Shown here one piece after another: positions 1-13,499 of a stretch of 64,000 nucleotides of DNA (within the stretch, counting starts at the first letter, position 1; each line of letters opens with the position of its first letter). Source of the DNA: Mobula hypostoma (taxonomy: Eukaryota); the NCBI RefSeq assembly GCF_963921235.1, contig NC_086097.1, forward strand, positions 34,846,001 through 34,910,000. Direction: 5' to 3'. The position numbers and the translations under genes were made by a program. The notes under the pieces were generated by a model. It searched no databases, was not told the DNA's origin, and saw nothing but the letters and a program-made list of their open reading frames with translations.

Positions 1-796
1 CTGTTTTTGCATTGTATCCAAAACAATATATCATAAATTAAGTAGGCTAAAACTGTACACAGTATGATCAGACAAAAGTCATGTGCAGCTGTAACAAAAT
101 TTCCCTATGGTTTGCACTCTGTCTCTGTGGCAATAAAGAATAATAGAGAGCTGAGGCTGAGAATGATTTTTGTGCTTTGGGGGAATTCATGGTTTGTGAG
201 AACCAGACAGATTTGTGGTAGTTGACCTCTTGTGGATGAATTACTTTGTAGGTTTGAGGGACCATATGGTTTAGTCCTACTTGTATAATCTGAAAAAATT
301 TAAAGTGGAGGGTGATTGCCAAGTCTAAAAACATGGAATTCGTAGATTGCAATTTACTTTTTGCCCTCTTGTGGCCAGAAAATGAATATGCAGGTACGGC
401 CGATTACTCAGACACTCAGTTCCTGCTTGGTGGAGGATACCAAGTCTTCTCTGAGCAATATGAAATAGTCTCAGATAATTTAAATAATATACTTTTCCAT
501 TCTTTGTTTTGAAGTGAATAGCATAATTTCCCCATAATATTACTCAATTTGTTGTTTTGAGCATTTTCTTAATCTTTTCATATCCCTTTACAGACTTTGT
601 CTTCATCCCAAAGCAGATGCTGGAAAAATTAAACAAGGTAGAAAATGCTGGGAAAACTCAGCAACTGTGGAAAGGGAAAAGGTTAACGTTTCAAATGAGG
701 GGCTTTTGATCAAACCTGAGAAGGGAAATTAAATTGGTCTAGCTAGCAGAGAAATCTTGGTGAAACCCCGAGAATTTCTGATAGAGTGAACACATG

Positions 797-2420
797 CAGT
801 ACCTTGGAAAAAGTATTCAGTCCTGCCCCCCCCCCCACAACTATTTTCACATTTTACTGTCTCACCTTCTAAACTTAAAATATATTAAAGTAGGATTTTT
901 GAGCTAATCTACAAAACATTGTGCATCATGTCAAATCAAAAAAAAATTCAAAACCTGTCAACAGTTTATTAAAAATTAAAAACCAAAATTGTGAGGCTGA
1001 AAAAGTACTCACCCTCTTTGTAGTTAGTACGCTAACTTTCCTCAGGTACAATACTGTATATTCCTTTAACAACTCACTCAATTTGTTGATGTAGAAAATT
1101 GGAGGATCACCTGTTTTCAATAAATTCATAAGAATAAATACTCCTCTCTCTGTAAGGTCCAAAAGTATGGTAGATTCTTAACAGATCAAACCAAAATGAA
1201 GACAAAAGAGCATGCAAGACAAGTCAGAAAAATGATAATAGAGAAACACAAACCTGGAGAAGGGTACAAGACTATATCAAAGGCGCTGAATATGCCTCGG
1301 AGCTCACTGCAGTTCATCATGAAAAAGTGGAAAAAATCTGAAACATGGCCACACTGCCTAGGTCAGGTCGCCCCCTAAACTTAGTCCCTGGAGAAGAATG
1401 GCACTTGTAAGAGAGAGGCTATTGTGATGCCAGTGGTCACTCTATGAGTGAGCTGCCAAAGTCAGAGGCTACAACTCGAGATGAAGTTCATGGCACCACA
1501 ATCTCTAAGGCCTTGCACATAAAGGGTGTTTATGGAAAAGTGGCAAGAAAGAAGCCCTGTCTGAAAAAGAACTTATCCTCGCCTGTCAAAGCTTTGCAAA
1601 GCATCACTTAAAAGATACTGTAAAGATGTGGAAGAAGATTTTGTGGTCAGATGAGACTGAAGTGAACTTATTGCCCTCAACACTAAGCGGTACTTGTGGT
1701 GTAAGTCTAAAATAACTACACATCAGCCAGGTAACATCATCCCTACTGTAAAGTATGGTGGTGGTAGCATTATGCCAAGGAGATATTTTACAGCAGCAAG
1801 GACTAGAAATCTGGTCATGATTGATGGGAAGATGAATGCTGCTAAATACAGAGAAACCCTGGATAAAAAACCTGCTAGCCTCTGCCTGAAAGCTTAAACT
1901 GGGGAGGAAGTTAATCTTTCAGCAGGGCAATGGCCCAAAGCACACTAACAGAGCAATGATGGACTGGCCTCCAGTGAAGAAAATTAATATCCTTCATTGG
2001 CCCAGTCAGAATCCTTAACCTGATCAAACATCTCTGGCAAGACCACAAGATTGCTGTCCACTGCTGCTCCCCAACTGACCTGGCACATCTTAAGCAATTT
2101 TTCAAGGAAGAATGGGCGAATCTTGTTCTATCATATTGTGCAAAGCTAACAGAGGCTTAACCAAAAAGACTACTGGCTGTAATAGCCGAGAGGTGGTTCA
2201 ACTAAGTATTGAGCAAAAGGGGGAGGAATACTTCTGAACTGTTGACAATTCTGGTTTTGCATTTTTAGATTTTATGCTTTATAGTTGGCTGTGCATTTTA
2301 AAAAAACAGGGCATGTAATTCACAAATAAAAATTCTCAGTTAAATTGATGAAAATCCCTGGTTATAATACTCATTCATGTGAAAAAAGGGTTGGGACCTG
2401 AATACTTTTACAAGGCACAG
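797..2420 (+). mobile_element. Tc1-like DNA transposon, full-length but decayed
   Basis: TIRs CAGTACCTTGGAAAAAGTATTCAG / CTGAATACTTTTACAAGGCACAG followed by TA; transposase fragments MKTKEH..GEGYKTISKAL (1196-1378) and PTVKYGGGSIM (1694-1897). Confidence 0.9.
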
Positions 2421-2975
2421 TATAGCTGATTGGTTAAAATTGAATAATTTGTTGCTGATGCTCTGGTATTCTGGGGCACGTTCAGTAAGCTTGACTATAT
2501 ATCTATATGCACACACGCCAGCACATGTGCCCACGTGCACACACACTGAGCAGGTGGTAATTGTTTTTAAATAGGAAATTTCTTATCAAGTTTTTTAAAA
2601 ACTTTTTCTTCTGTTAGTTGCTTCAGTTTTTTTAAAAACTGCATTTTGACTAGTAAAATATTTTGCTACAGTCCAACAATTTTTAACCAAAAGTTTATCA
2701 CTAACGTTTTACACAATAAACTCTCTGTCTTTGTGCTCACGTAACAGTTTAGCTAATAGTCTTACATCAAAAACTGGAATGCATGTGTCCAGGTGAATAA
2801 ACTGAGCATTTTCATTGAGGTCAGGTTGGACTGTTGTTTGCAGGGTGCAGTTGTCTTCACACTTGCAGTGAATTTTGAGATCTTTACCAAAATGACAAAG
2901 TAACAGGAGAAGTACAAGCACTTTTTCCTCATTTAACTACTGAGCAGTGTTGGGTGCACCCCGTTTAGATGAAGA

Positions 2976-4804
2976 CAGTGATTCCCAGTGGGGGGCAGTT
3001 ATGTGTCCTAAGGGAGTGTTGGGGGAAATAGAAGTCATCTGGTGGGGGGGGGTGGTGGCATTCGAGACTCTTGGGAGAGGGGGTAACTGGCACCCTAACT
3101 TGAGGCGCGAGAGCTGACTGATTGTGTCAACTTGCTGCCGTTGTCAGCATCCGATCAGCATTCCCAGTTTGCATTAATTTTTAGATATTAATTTAGCCCA
3201 GTTAATGATAAATAATCTACGTATGGCGTGATCCTTATGATTCTGAAGACGGCGAAGTCTTGAATTCTAATCCTGCTATGAAACAAACTACAGAAAGTGC
3301 ATCAATACAATGTTACATACCCAGAGTATGGTTTTATTGTTACTGTCAGATCAGTGACACCCCATGTGTCTTATTTGTAATACTGTACTGTCTAATAAAG
3401 CCATGAAACCATCAAGATTGCAGGAACACTTCTGTAAAAGACACTCTGAAAAGGCTACTCAGTTCCAGAAGATGAAGGCGTTTGATAAGCATTACACTTG
3501 AGTCATTTGCCAAGAAATCTAAAAATGACCTTGGTAGTGGCCTCATTGCTTCTTATAACATTTCAAAAATGATAGCAGTGTGGAAATTCTTATACAATTA
3601 GTGAACGATTAATAATGCCTGCTGTATCAGACGTGCTCACTACTAATCTCAAAATCGATACCAGTAGTTTAAAACTAATTTATCTGAGTAAATAACTCTG
3701 TAGCTCGTCATATTGATGAAATGAGCAAAGGTATTGAGTATCCAGTTGTGCAGAGAGCTACAAAAAACAGAATTTGGGATATAACTGGATGAGTCAACTG
3801 TGCGAGTCAATGAGGCATTGCTAAAGGCATATGTCTGGCATAAGAGAAAAAGTTTTATGAAGAGATTCTCTTTTGTAAAAAGTTTAAAAAAAATATCAAC
3901 AGACAGTCAATCTACAATGAACCCAAAATGTATATTGAGGATAAAAGTATTCCAATTAGGAACATGATTTCTTGTGCAACAGATGGTGCATCATATATGA
4001 CAGGTTGCCATGATGGTTTAGTGGCACTTATGGAAAAAAAGAAATTTCAAGTCTGTTCACAATCCATTGTGTAATTCATCGTCAACATCTTGCAACTAAA
4101 AACCTCAGCCAGCGACTTTTTTTCCCAGCATGACTCTTGTAACATCTGCTATCAACAAAATTAAAGCTCATCCATTTAATGGCAGAATAATTCACCAGTT
4201 ATGCCAAGATAACGATGAAGAGTTTGAATGCTTGCTTGCTTCACATTGAAGCGTGTTGGCTGTCAAAAGGCTGCTGCTTGAAATGTTTCTTTGATCTTTT
4301 CAACACCGTGGTTGAATTTTTGCTCATACTCGACCAGATTTTGGGAAACAAAATTGAACTTGTGGTATGTGGCCACTGTCATATGAAGTTTTCTGGTCTT
4401 TGGAAAAGAGCCAAACTGCTCTTCATTGCATGTACGTCCTCCTACCTTAATGAAAGTGGCTTCAGTGCAGTGAACCACATACTCACAAAAACCAGAAGCT
4501 GCTTGGACATTGTTATGTGTGGGGACCTGACGCTTTTGCTGTCACAACTTGAACCAAATATTTCAACTCCTGCTAAAAACCATCAAGTTCAAGGATCACA
4601 TTGATGTCGAAGCTACTGTACAGCACTTAGGTACAGTGAAAGCCAGGTTTAAAGACAAAAATTTAAAACAGAATTTTTTTTTCTCTCATTTTAGCATATG
4701 GTAGAAATGTTTTTGCACTGTGGGGTGCCGGAAAGTATATTGTGCCTAAGCATTGACAAGTATGAAAGTGCTTTAAGGGGCCTAAAAAAGGTTGGCAAAC
4801 ACTG
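2976..4804 (+). mobile_element. hAT Buster/Charlie-type transposon, internally deleted and decayed
   Basis: Ends CAGTGATTCCCAG / GGTTGGCAAACACTG; remnants reading AMKPSRLQEHF, LDEST, ATDGA..MTG, IHCVIHRQHL, WLSKG and TSSYLNESGFSAV across frames. Confidence 0.82.
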
Positions 4805-5210
4805 GACTAGGATTATTTAATCAAATATATGATGCTTCTGACATGTTCTTTGTCTGCAACAGTACGTTTGCTCTTTGGTCTCGCATTTGCCCATCCTCTC
4901 CTCCTGTATATCTTTTGTGGTGTCATCCCCATTTTGTAATTAGCTTAATATTGTTGCCTGTACTGGGATACAGTGAAAAGCTTGTCTTGCATGCTGTTCA
5001 TACAGATCAAATCATTACACAATGTGTTGAGGTAGTACAGAACGCAGAATAAAGCATAACAGCTACAGAGAAAGTGCAGTGTAGGTAGATTGTGAGGTCA
5101 AGAGTCTATCTTATTGTACTGGGGAAACAGTCAGTATTCTTATAAAAACAGAATAGAATCTGTTCCTGAGTCTGATGACACACTTTCAGTCTTTTGTATC
5201 TTCTCCCTCG

Positions 5211-6593
5211 TGGGAAAGGAAATTATAGACCAGTTAGCCTGACCTCAGTTGTTGGGAAGATGTTGGAGTCAATTGTTAAGGATGAGGTTATGGAGCACTT
5301 AGAAACAATAGGACAAAGTCAGCATGGTTTCCTTAAGGGGGAAATCTTGTGTGATGAACCTGTTAGAATTCTTTGTGGAGATTACATGTAGGATGGATAA
5401 AGGAGATGCAGTGTATATTGTATATTTAGACTTCCAGAAGGCCTTTGACAAGGTGCCACACATGAGGCTGCTTACCCACTTAAGATCCCATGGTATTACA
5501 GGAAAGACACTGGCATGGTTAGAGAATTAGCTGATTGGTAGGAGGCAGCGAGTGATAATAATAGGATTCTTTTCTGGTTGGCTGCCAGTGACTAGTCGTG
5601 TTCCTCAGGGGTTGGTGTTCGGACAACTTGGTTTTATGCTGTATATCAGTGATTTTGTTGATGGAATAGATAGCTTTGTTGCCAAGTTTGCTGATGATAG
5701 AAAAATAGGTGGAGGGGCAGGTAGTGTTGAGGAAATGGGTAGGCTGCAGAAGGACTTGGACATATTTGGAGAATGGGCAAGAGAGTGGCAAGTGAAATAC
5801 GATGTTGGAAAATGCATGGTCATGCACTTTGATAGTAGAAATAAATGTGCAGACTATTTTCTAAATGGGGAGAAAATCCAAAAATCTGAGTTGCAAGGGA
5901 CTTGAGACTTGGGAGTCGTTGTGCAGAACAACCTAAAGGTTAACTTGGTGGTGAAAATGCAATGTTAGCATTCATTTCAAGAGGTTTAGAATGCAAGAGC
6001 AGAGATGTGATGCTGAGGCTTTGATGGCACTGGTGAAGCCTCACCTTGAGTATTGTGAACCTTTTTGAGCTCTCATCTAAGAAAAGATGTACTGGCATCG
6101 GAGAGGGTTCAGAGGAGGTTCGCAAGGTTGATTCCGGGAATGAAAGGGTTATAATACAAGGAGCATTTGATAGCTCAGTGTCAGCACTCGCTGGTATTTA
6201 GAAGGATGAGGGGATCTCATTGAAATCTTTTGAATATTGAAAGACCTAGACATGGTAGATGTGGAAAGGATCTTTCCCATGGTGGGGGAGCCTAGGACAA
6301 AAGGGCATAGCCTCATGGAGGGACGTTCATTTAAAACAGAGATACGGTTTCTTTAGTCAGAGGTTGGTGAATTTGTGGAATTTATGACCATAGGCAGCTG
6401 TGGAGGCCAGTTCGTTGGGTATATTTAAGGCGGAGCTTGATAGGTTCTTGATTGGACATGGCATCAGAGGTTACGGGGAGAAGGCTGCAGAGTGGGGCTG
6501 AGGAGGGTTAAAAAGGGTCAGCCATGATTGAATGGCGGAGCAGACTTGATAGACCAAATGGCCTAATTCTGCTCCTATGTCTTATGATCTTAG
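5211..6593 (+). mobile_element. CR1-clade LINE, 5'-truncated and decayed
   Basis: NYRPVSLTSVVGK, YLDFQKAFDKVPH and KFADD reverse-transcriptase motifs plus CR1-like 3' tail; flanked by Rex/Babar-like LINE fragments. Confidence 0.92.
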
Positions 6594-7364
6594 GTATAGA
6601 CAGAGTCCACAGAGGGCAGGCTTGTTTCTGTAATGTGCTGAGCTGTGTACAGAATTCTCTGCAGATTCTCGCGGTTGCATGTACAGCAGTTGCCAAACCA
6701 AGCCGTGATACATCCAGGTAGGATGCTTTCTCTGGTGCATCAACAGAATTTGTTTTGGATCCCTTTTTGTTGCTTCCAATCTTTTCACACACTGCTCTAT
6801 AATTCTCAAGAGTGTTACATTACAAAATTACTAGATGTTTGTGCAAACAATCTTGTAGGTAATTTCTTGCAAAGAATGTGTCACCATCATGGTATCTTAA
6901 GAAGAAAATAAAGGGAATTAAGTGATTGTAATGGTCAAATGAATGGAGTTAAATTTAGCTGTTAATAATTGTTTTCTTGTTGGAATGGGAAATTAACTTG
7001 TATTTAGGATACATTGGAATATATTAATTTAAACTCAGTGTATGCTGTAATCATTTGCATTCATGCATTTAAGTAGAGTAATGTTCTAGAATACAAGAAC
7101 TTTGATTTTTTTTTCCATTACCATTTTATTCTGATGAATATGAAGAAAGGCTGCTTGATGATTTTGGGAACTAGAAACAGTTCACTATGCTTCCACGTTA
7201 ATCTCATCAGTCTGTGCTTTAACAAATTGTTCTGTTTTTCTTCTGCTATCCTCCCAGAAACTAAATGCACCTTTTATAATGCAATTATAGTCAGGATGTT
7301 GATGACCTAGGGATACAATAATGTATATTTCAGGTAATTTTACATGCATTGGGATTAATTTCTC

Positions 7365-7870
7365 TTTCTTTTCAAATCTTTTTATTGTTATATTATACAG
7401 GAAAAATAACATGAGTACATTGAAGTAACAACACTTACAATGTCTCAAAAAAGACATTATCTTAAAGATTGAAAAAAAATTCTGTGATATCAAAAAAAAC
7501 CTACTAAGCAGAAAAGTGAGAAAAAAAGGGAACCCATTAGATGTACAACCCTGGAGTCATGCGTAATACAAAAAGCTTCTAAAAATAAACATCAAACCGC
7601 CAGCAAGAAAATATACTAAAAAATTTACAATTAGATCGTGGAAAAGTTATATCAATTAACTCAAATGATAATAATGAGCAAATGAGCCCCATCTTTTCTC
7701 AAAATCAAATAAAGGTTCAAAGGTTCGACTTCTAATTTTCTCCAAACTAAGACATAGCATCACTTGAGAGAACCATTGTGACAAAGTGGGAGCTGATGTA
7801 TCCTTCCACTTCAACAAAATGGCCCTCCTAGCTATCAATGTAACAAATGCAATAACATGTTGGTCAGGGA
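7365..7870 (-). mobile_element. L1-clade LINE 3' fragment
   Basis: ORF 7656-7838 IARRAILLKWK..PTLSQW..LSLEKI..W resembles a fish L1 ORF2 C-terminus; followed by an A-rich end on the minus strand. Confidence 0.7.
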
Positions 7871-8544
7871 TTAATTTCTCTTATACAGGTTTGGAGCCAC
7901 ACATTGATCAAGCTGCACAAATGTTCGACCTCTTACACAGTTAACTGGGATACGGGGAGAAGGCAGGGGATTGGAGCTGAGAGCATAAATTAAATCAGCC
8001 ACGATGAAATGGTGGAGCAGTCTCGATGTGCCAAATGGCCTAATTTCACTCCTGTATCTTTATGGTCTTAACTGAGACTTAAACTACTAATTAGCATATA
8101 ACCGTTGATATTTTCATGTGATATAATGGTTTATGAAATTCTAAAGCTGAAAACGTGCAGCCACTTGACCAGCTAATGAAAACATTACATTTCCAGTGCT
8201 TTTCCATCTAGAGTTTCTTTTATTCTGCAGACACCATTTCTTTTGAACAATTGCAATATTCTTGAGCAAAAAACAAGCTGCTGGAGGAATTCAGCAGGTC
8301 AAGCAGTATCTCTGCAGGCAAAAGAGTAGTTGCTTGAGACTGCATCAAAACTAGGAATGAAAAGGGGAGATATAGCCAGTATAAAGAGGTAAGCGGGGGC
8401 GGGGGGGAGGGATGAGATCAGGAGGTGGATCTAGGTGAGAAGGGGTTGATGGGTAAATGGAGTCAGGTAGGAGAAGGAGATAGCAACAGAAGCTGGGAGG
8501 TGATAGTGGAGAAAACAAAGCTGTGTGGGGAATGGGGTGCAATA

Positions 8545-8756
8545 TCTGCCTGTGGCCATCAAACTTTCCAACTCCTCCCTTGGAGGGTCAGACACCCTGA
8601 GCCAATAGGCTGGTCCTGGACTTACTTCATAATTTACTGGCATAATTTACATATTACTATTTAACTATTTATGGTTCTATTACTATTTATTATTTATGGT
8701 GCAACTGTTTCGAAAACCAATTTCCCCCGGGATCAATAAAGTATGACTATGACTAT
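8545..8756 (+). mobile_element. Short LINE 3'-end fragment with microsatellite tail (probably Rex1/Babar-type)
   Basis: Ends CCAATTTCCCCCGGGATCAATAAAGT followed by (ATGACT)n. Confidence 0.5.
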
Positions 8757-8865
8757 TTCTGGTCTAGATGTGTGGCATGGGCTACATTAATTGAATTGAC
8801 CAGTTATAAAGTTGCACAAAATGAAGATGCTAATTTTAGACCCATCATTGATGATGTGGTAATAC

Positions 8866-9305
8866 TCATAGAGTCATAGAAAAGTACTGCACAGAAATGG
8901 GCCCTTTGGCCCATCTAATCCATGCCAAACCATTTAAACTGCCTATTCCCATCAACCTGCACTGGGACTGTAGCCCTCCGTACCCCTCCATGTACCTATC
9001 CAAACCTCTGAATGTTGAAATCAAGCTCGCGTGGACCACTTCTGTTGACATCTCGGTAAACACTCACGATACTCTTGAGTGAAGAAGTTTCCCCTCATGT
9101 TCCTCTTAAACGCTTCACCTTTCACCCTTAGCCCATGACATCTAGTTGTAGTCCCACCCAACCTCAGTGGAAAAAGCCTGCTTGCCCTTACCCTATATAA
9201 ACCCTTCATCATTTTGTGTGCCTCTGTCAAATCTCTCAGTCTTATACTTTCCAAGGAATAAAGTCCTAACTCAGGTCCTCCAGACCCAGCAGATTCCTTG
9301 TAAAT
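8866..9305 (-). mobile_element. CR1 LINE 3' end
   Basis: LGLYSLE..R.DL..HK..FFTQ C-terminal CR1 motifs and (CATAGAGT)n tail. Confidence 0.85.
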
Positions 9306-11153
9306 TTGGCAAAGGAAAAGTTCAGAGTTCAAATTTATTGAAGTATGTATATCATAAACAATCCTGATATTCATCTTTTTGCAAGCACTTACAAAACAAA
9401 GAAACCATAATAAAATCACACACACGCAAGACTGCCATCTATCCAATTTGCAAAATAGGTCTAATCATGCAAATAGTTTTAAAAGAAGTAAACAAAAGCA
9501 CATGGAACATGAGCTGCAGAGTCCCCAAAAGTGAGTCCATAGCTGCGGAGTCCATTCAGTGCTGAGCCGAGTGAAACCTGCCCAGGATCCCGATACTTGC
9601 CGGGCAAGATCTGCTCCTGAGCTTGACGGTGTGGACCCAAAACTTAGTGAGAAGAGAGGGAGACCGGTCATATGCAGGTAGATGCTGCTGAACATCTCCT
9701 TATTTTCCACTCCTGTCCATGAAGAATTTAATCTTGGTGGACGTTTCAATTGACACAGTATAGTGGGAACCCGTCACCGGTTCATCTTCTGCTATCAGGC
9801 GTCGAAACAGGGTCCACCCCAGTGATGGTCGCCCCAGCCATACCTACATTCTCAAGAGTCTAGTTCACCAAACTTCCAAAAGATCACAAAAGTGCCAGAT
9901 TGTTAAGGTGGTTCAAGTGTACACCCTTAAAAGGGCAATTGCCAACTGCAGTCTGCAGCGATCACAGTTCAGAAGATGTATATCTACTGGAGTATCTAGC
10001 AGTTTTGTGAGTTGTCTGCAAAATGCCGTAGTTGGTTGCCGGCACTCATCATTTGTGTGGTCACACAGTCACAGTCTGTAAGGTTTAAACCAAAAATCTT
10101 GTTTAGTCATGTCTTGGGTTTAAATAAATTGTAATTGTTCTTTTATCAAATCCATTAAAAGCTAGTAAAGAGGGAAGTTAGCATAATTAACCATCAAACC
10201 CATAACTTACCCTTCCTACCAGCTGTTGATTTTGGATTAAACTGTTTGGCAATGACGTAGAAATTAGTTTTTTTAAAGGAGTTAATAGCAACCTGCTGTG
10301 TTAATGACAGATTGTAGCAAACGTTTGGACGGTTAAGCATATTCTGAGTGCATTCACTTTTGAGTACAAAAATCATTTATTTTCTCTGTTAGAATTAATT
10401 CAGAATCTATTTTATAAATAGTGCTTTTTTTTATTGTTTTGGTACCACATTGATTAGTTGTGTTTAGAGGTTATAATTTTAAATATGGAAGAAAATTAAG
10501 TGCAGATGCTTGTGAGTTTAAAAAAAGTGAATATACAAGAACAATGGCCTGTGTTAATTGGTATCCTCACTCACACTAAATGTATGGTTGGTTGTTTGTT
10601 AGTTTCCTATTTTCATGATGTGCATTCAGTCCATTTGATATATTTATGTATCAATCATTAAATAGATGATCTTATAAAAATCACATTAGCATATTTTAAC
10701 TATCTTTGTTTTACAATATGTCTATAATGAAATTAGTGTATTGTCACTACTGGCTTGAATTGTGATAAAAGTCTGATTTTTACTGTAGTCATTAGTTATC
10801 CTTCATGACAGCTATTCTGTAGGGTAGAAAGCTACAGAGACTTAATTACCTCTGAGAGAAGCTTTTTTCTGATAAGCCCAACAGCTGTAGTTATCAGCTG
10901 TTATTCTTTTTGTTATCATATATAATGAAGCATTGCTGTATCACACCACATAATTACTTTCTTGATGGCAGCTGTTACTTTGACTATTTTTTATGTGCTT
11001 CAGAATCAATAGAAAGTGAGTTCATTAAGTTTGTTTATTATTTGAATTTTATCTTCTCTTCACAGCAGAATTATAGTTTGTATTAATGTCCATGTTGCAT
11101 ATTAGAATTTGTGACCCTTGAGCCTGGGTCCATAATCACATTGAACTTGAGTT

Positions 11154-11396
11154 ACACACTCAACAAGCTGAAGGAACTCAGCAGGTCAGGCAGCATCTAC
11201 TGAAAAGAGTAACCAGTCGATGTTTTGGCTGAGACCCTTCACCAGGACTGTTGAAGTGTCCTGATGAAAGGTCTCGGCCCAAAACATCGACTGTTTACTC
11301 TTTTTCATTAGATGCTGCCTTTCCCGCTGAGTTCATCCAACTTTTTGTGTGTTGCTTTGGATTTCCAGCATCTGCAGATTTTCTCATGTTTGCGTA
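11154..11396. mobile_element. Palindromic Penelope-like 3'-end insertion with two decayed hammerhead motifs
   Basis: Inverted arms 11154-11248 and 11258-~11352; exact 11-bp TSD GAACTTGAGTT at 11143-11153 and 11397-11407. Confidence 0.85.
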
Positions 11397-12809
11397 GAAC
11401 TTGAGTTTACTTTACATGTGTTGGTCACTTTGCCTTCCGTTACTCGAGAAAGTGAGTTGCTTACTAGCACAACTTTCATGTTGTCTATTACAATATTGCT
11501 CCCCTATTTTATTCATGTTGATATATAATGCAAACAGGATCTTACAGCTGGATCACTATTCACCTTGGACCTTTTGTCAAGAATAATACCTTGCTAATTG
11601 CATACAGTGCATGCTGAATCATTTTTGTTAACTTTGAATGTTTCCTGTAATGGCACCTTGTGTGTACTAAAGTTTGCCCTTTGTGAAGTGTGCCGCCTAC
11701 CAACTAATCCTTCATGGTCTTCGACTGTACCGTTGTCTGAACAGGAAATAAAAATTTGCACTTAAGAAATTTGTTTGGGGAAAAGAAGAACAATTTTGCT
11801 GTCATTTTGTGATAAGAAGGTAATAGGCTTTGCATTATGGGAAGACCCGATAGGGACCATTTTCTATGAACGCAGCCATCCCCCTACCCACCCCTAATGA
11901 AATCTAGGGGTCACCTATTTAATCTTTATAAACCTATGCGACCCATTTCTTTTCTGTGGATTAATATACAAAGCTGTAAATTATATTATTTGTCATTACA
12001 GTTACTGTAGCATGTTTGTAGTCTTTTTGATTTATGTTCTCTGAATTCAGTGAGTCAAGTCCATTAGCATCAAAATACTGTTGCTTCTCCACAGCTTCTA
12101 TTAATGTTTCTAATTTGGTGTTTTGTTTTGAAATGGATGAATTCACACTTCTCCCTCTTTGTACTCCATCTGCTATATTTTTGCTCACTCTATATTCCTT
12201 ATGACACAGGAGGTACATTCAGTCCCTCAAATCTGTTATTTGCTTTCTGCATAATGTCATCAACCCTATCCCTCCATTATTTCTTTCTCTCACATTCCTA
12301 TTACCTGTAGGTTAGGGGACTGTGTGTTTACAGTAGGCAATCAACCCAGCTATTGTAACTGTGAACAAAGTCACTGGAGAGGCACTGAAGCTAGTGATAT
12401 AGAAGTGTTTATTCAGCATTTGAAGCACTCTTGGAAGAAGAAGTCTGCTCGACCCAATATTACATGACATTTTATATGCCAAAGATCAAAGGTAACAACA
12501 GGCCATTTCTATAGTTAGTGTGTCTGCAGTGCTTCCTTTGAATTATATATAGTTTGCAAACACCACCTTCTTTGCACACATACTCCAGATATCCAAAATG
12601 AATGTTAATCCCTACCTACTGTATGCCACATTCATGCATATACAGGTAACTGAGGTCTAAGTGGAGTGTTTCTTTGTTTGTGATTGACTCCAACCTGCAG
12701 CTCCAGAAACCCCAATGTTCTGAGCTGCGTTTTAAATTCAGTCTGCAATCCACATTCTGATCTGAAGAATGGTTGCTGTTGAAATTATTATTTGCTATGT
12801 ACCCTAACT

Positions 12810-12970
12810 CCACCAACAACTAGTACACCTTTAGGAAAAGGAGGAACCTGGAGCACCCTGCGGGAAACCTAGGCTGTCAACTATAGAACGTGCAAGCTTC
12901 CCACAACACTCGAGATCAGAACTGATCCTTCACAGGTGCTGTGAGGCTGCTGTACTGTGTGCAGCACTAC
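12810..12970 (-). mobile_element. V-SINE/HE1-like SINE, decayed
   Basis: Minus strand carries GGTTTCCCGCAGGGTGCTCCAGGTTCCTCC, matching the V-domain core of the other copies. Confidence 0.6.
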
Positions 12971-13499
12971 TCTGTTACCCCTCCTCCACTGAGCTTTCTG
13001 ATTTCTAATGAGAGATGTTGTAGCACTTTTTATACAAAAATTGATTAACACTACCTTTGGTGACTAGGTCTGTCTTTATTTATCCCAAGATGGAGCTGGC
13101 AGTGTACAGTGATGGTTTGCAGATAGCTCAAAAAGCTTGTTAGTACTACATATCTTTCTTCTGAACTATGATCAGTACAACCTGCAGCCTTTACTTTCCC
13201 TTAAACAAATGTGCTTTTGAACCAACTAAACAAATTAGTGATTGTATGATCTCCTGAGGGATTCAGTGAACTTGAATTTCAATAGTGCAGTTACGGCCAG
13301 GGCGGCCATTGCTAGGGGCTGTATCGAGGCCTGAGGGCAGAAAATGACCATGCTTAGCTCCATTAATCTGCACCAGTTAAAGCATCGAGCCAGGTTAAAA
13401 TGTTGGAAATCGAGCCAATATTCAGTACCTTCTGCCTGTGTTTGACCCGTCTTCCTTCCTTCCCGCGACTACCATCAGGCAGAAGGTACAGGAGTCTTC

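Noticed and set aside
612..790. Functional hammerhead in old Penelope-like remnants (also 8270-8540)
   Set aside because: The catalytic core is degenerate or deleted; only tail similarity remains.
12320..12810. Possible additional solo LTR
   Set aside because: Could not define matching termini or a TSD.
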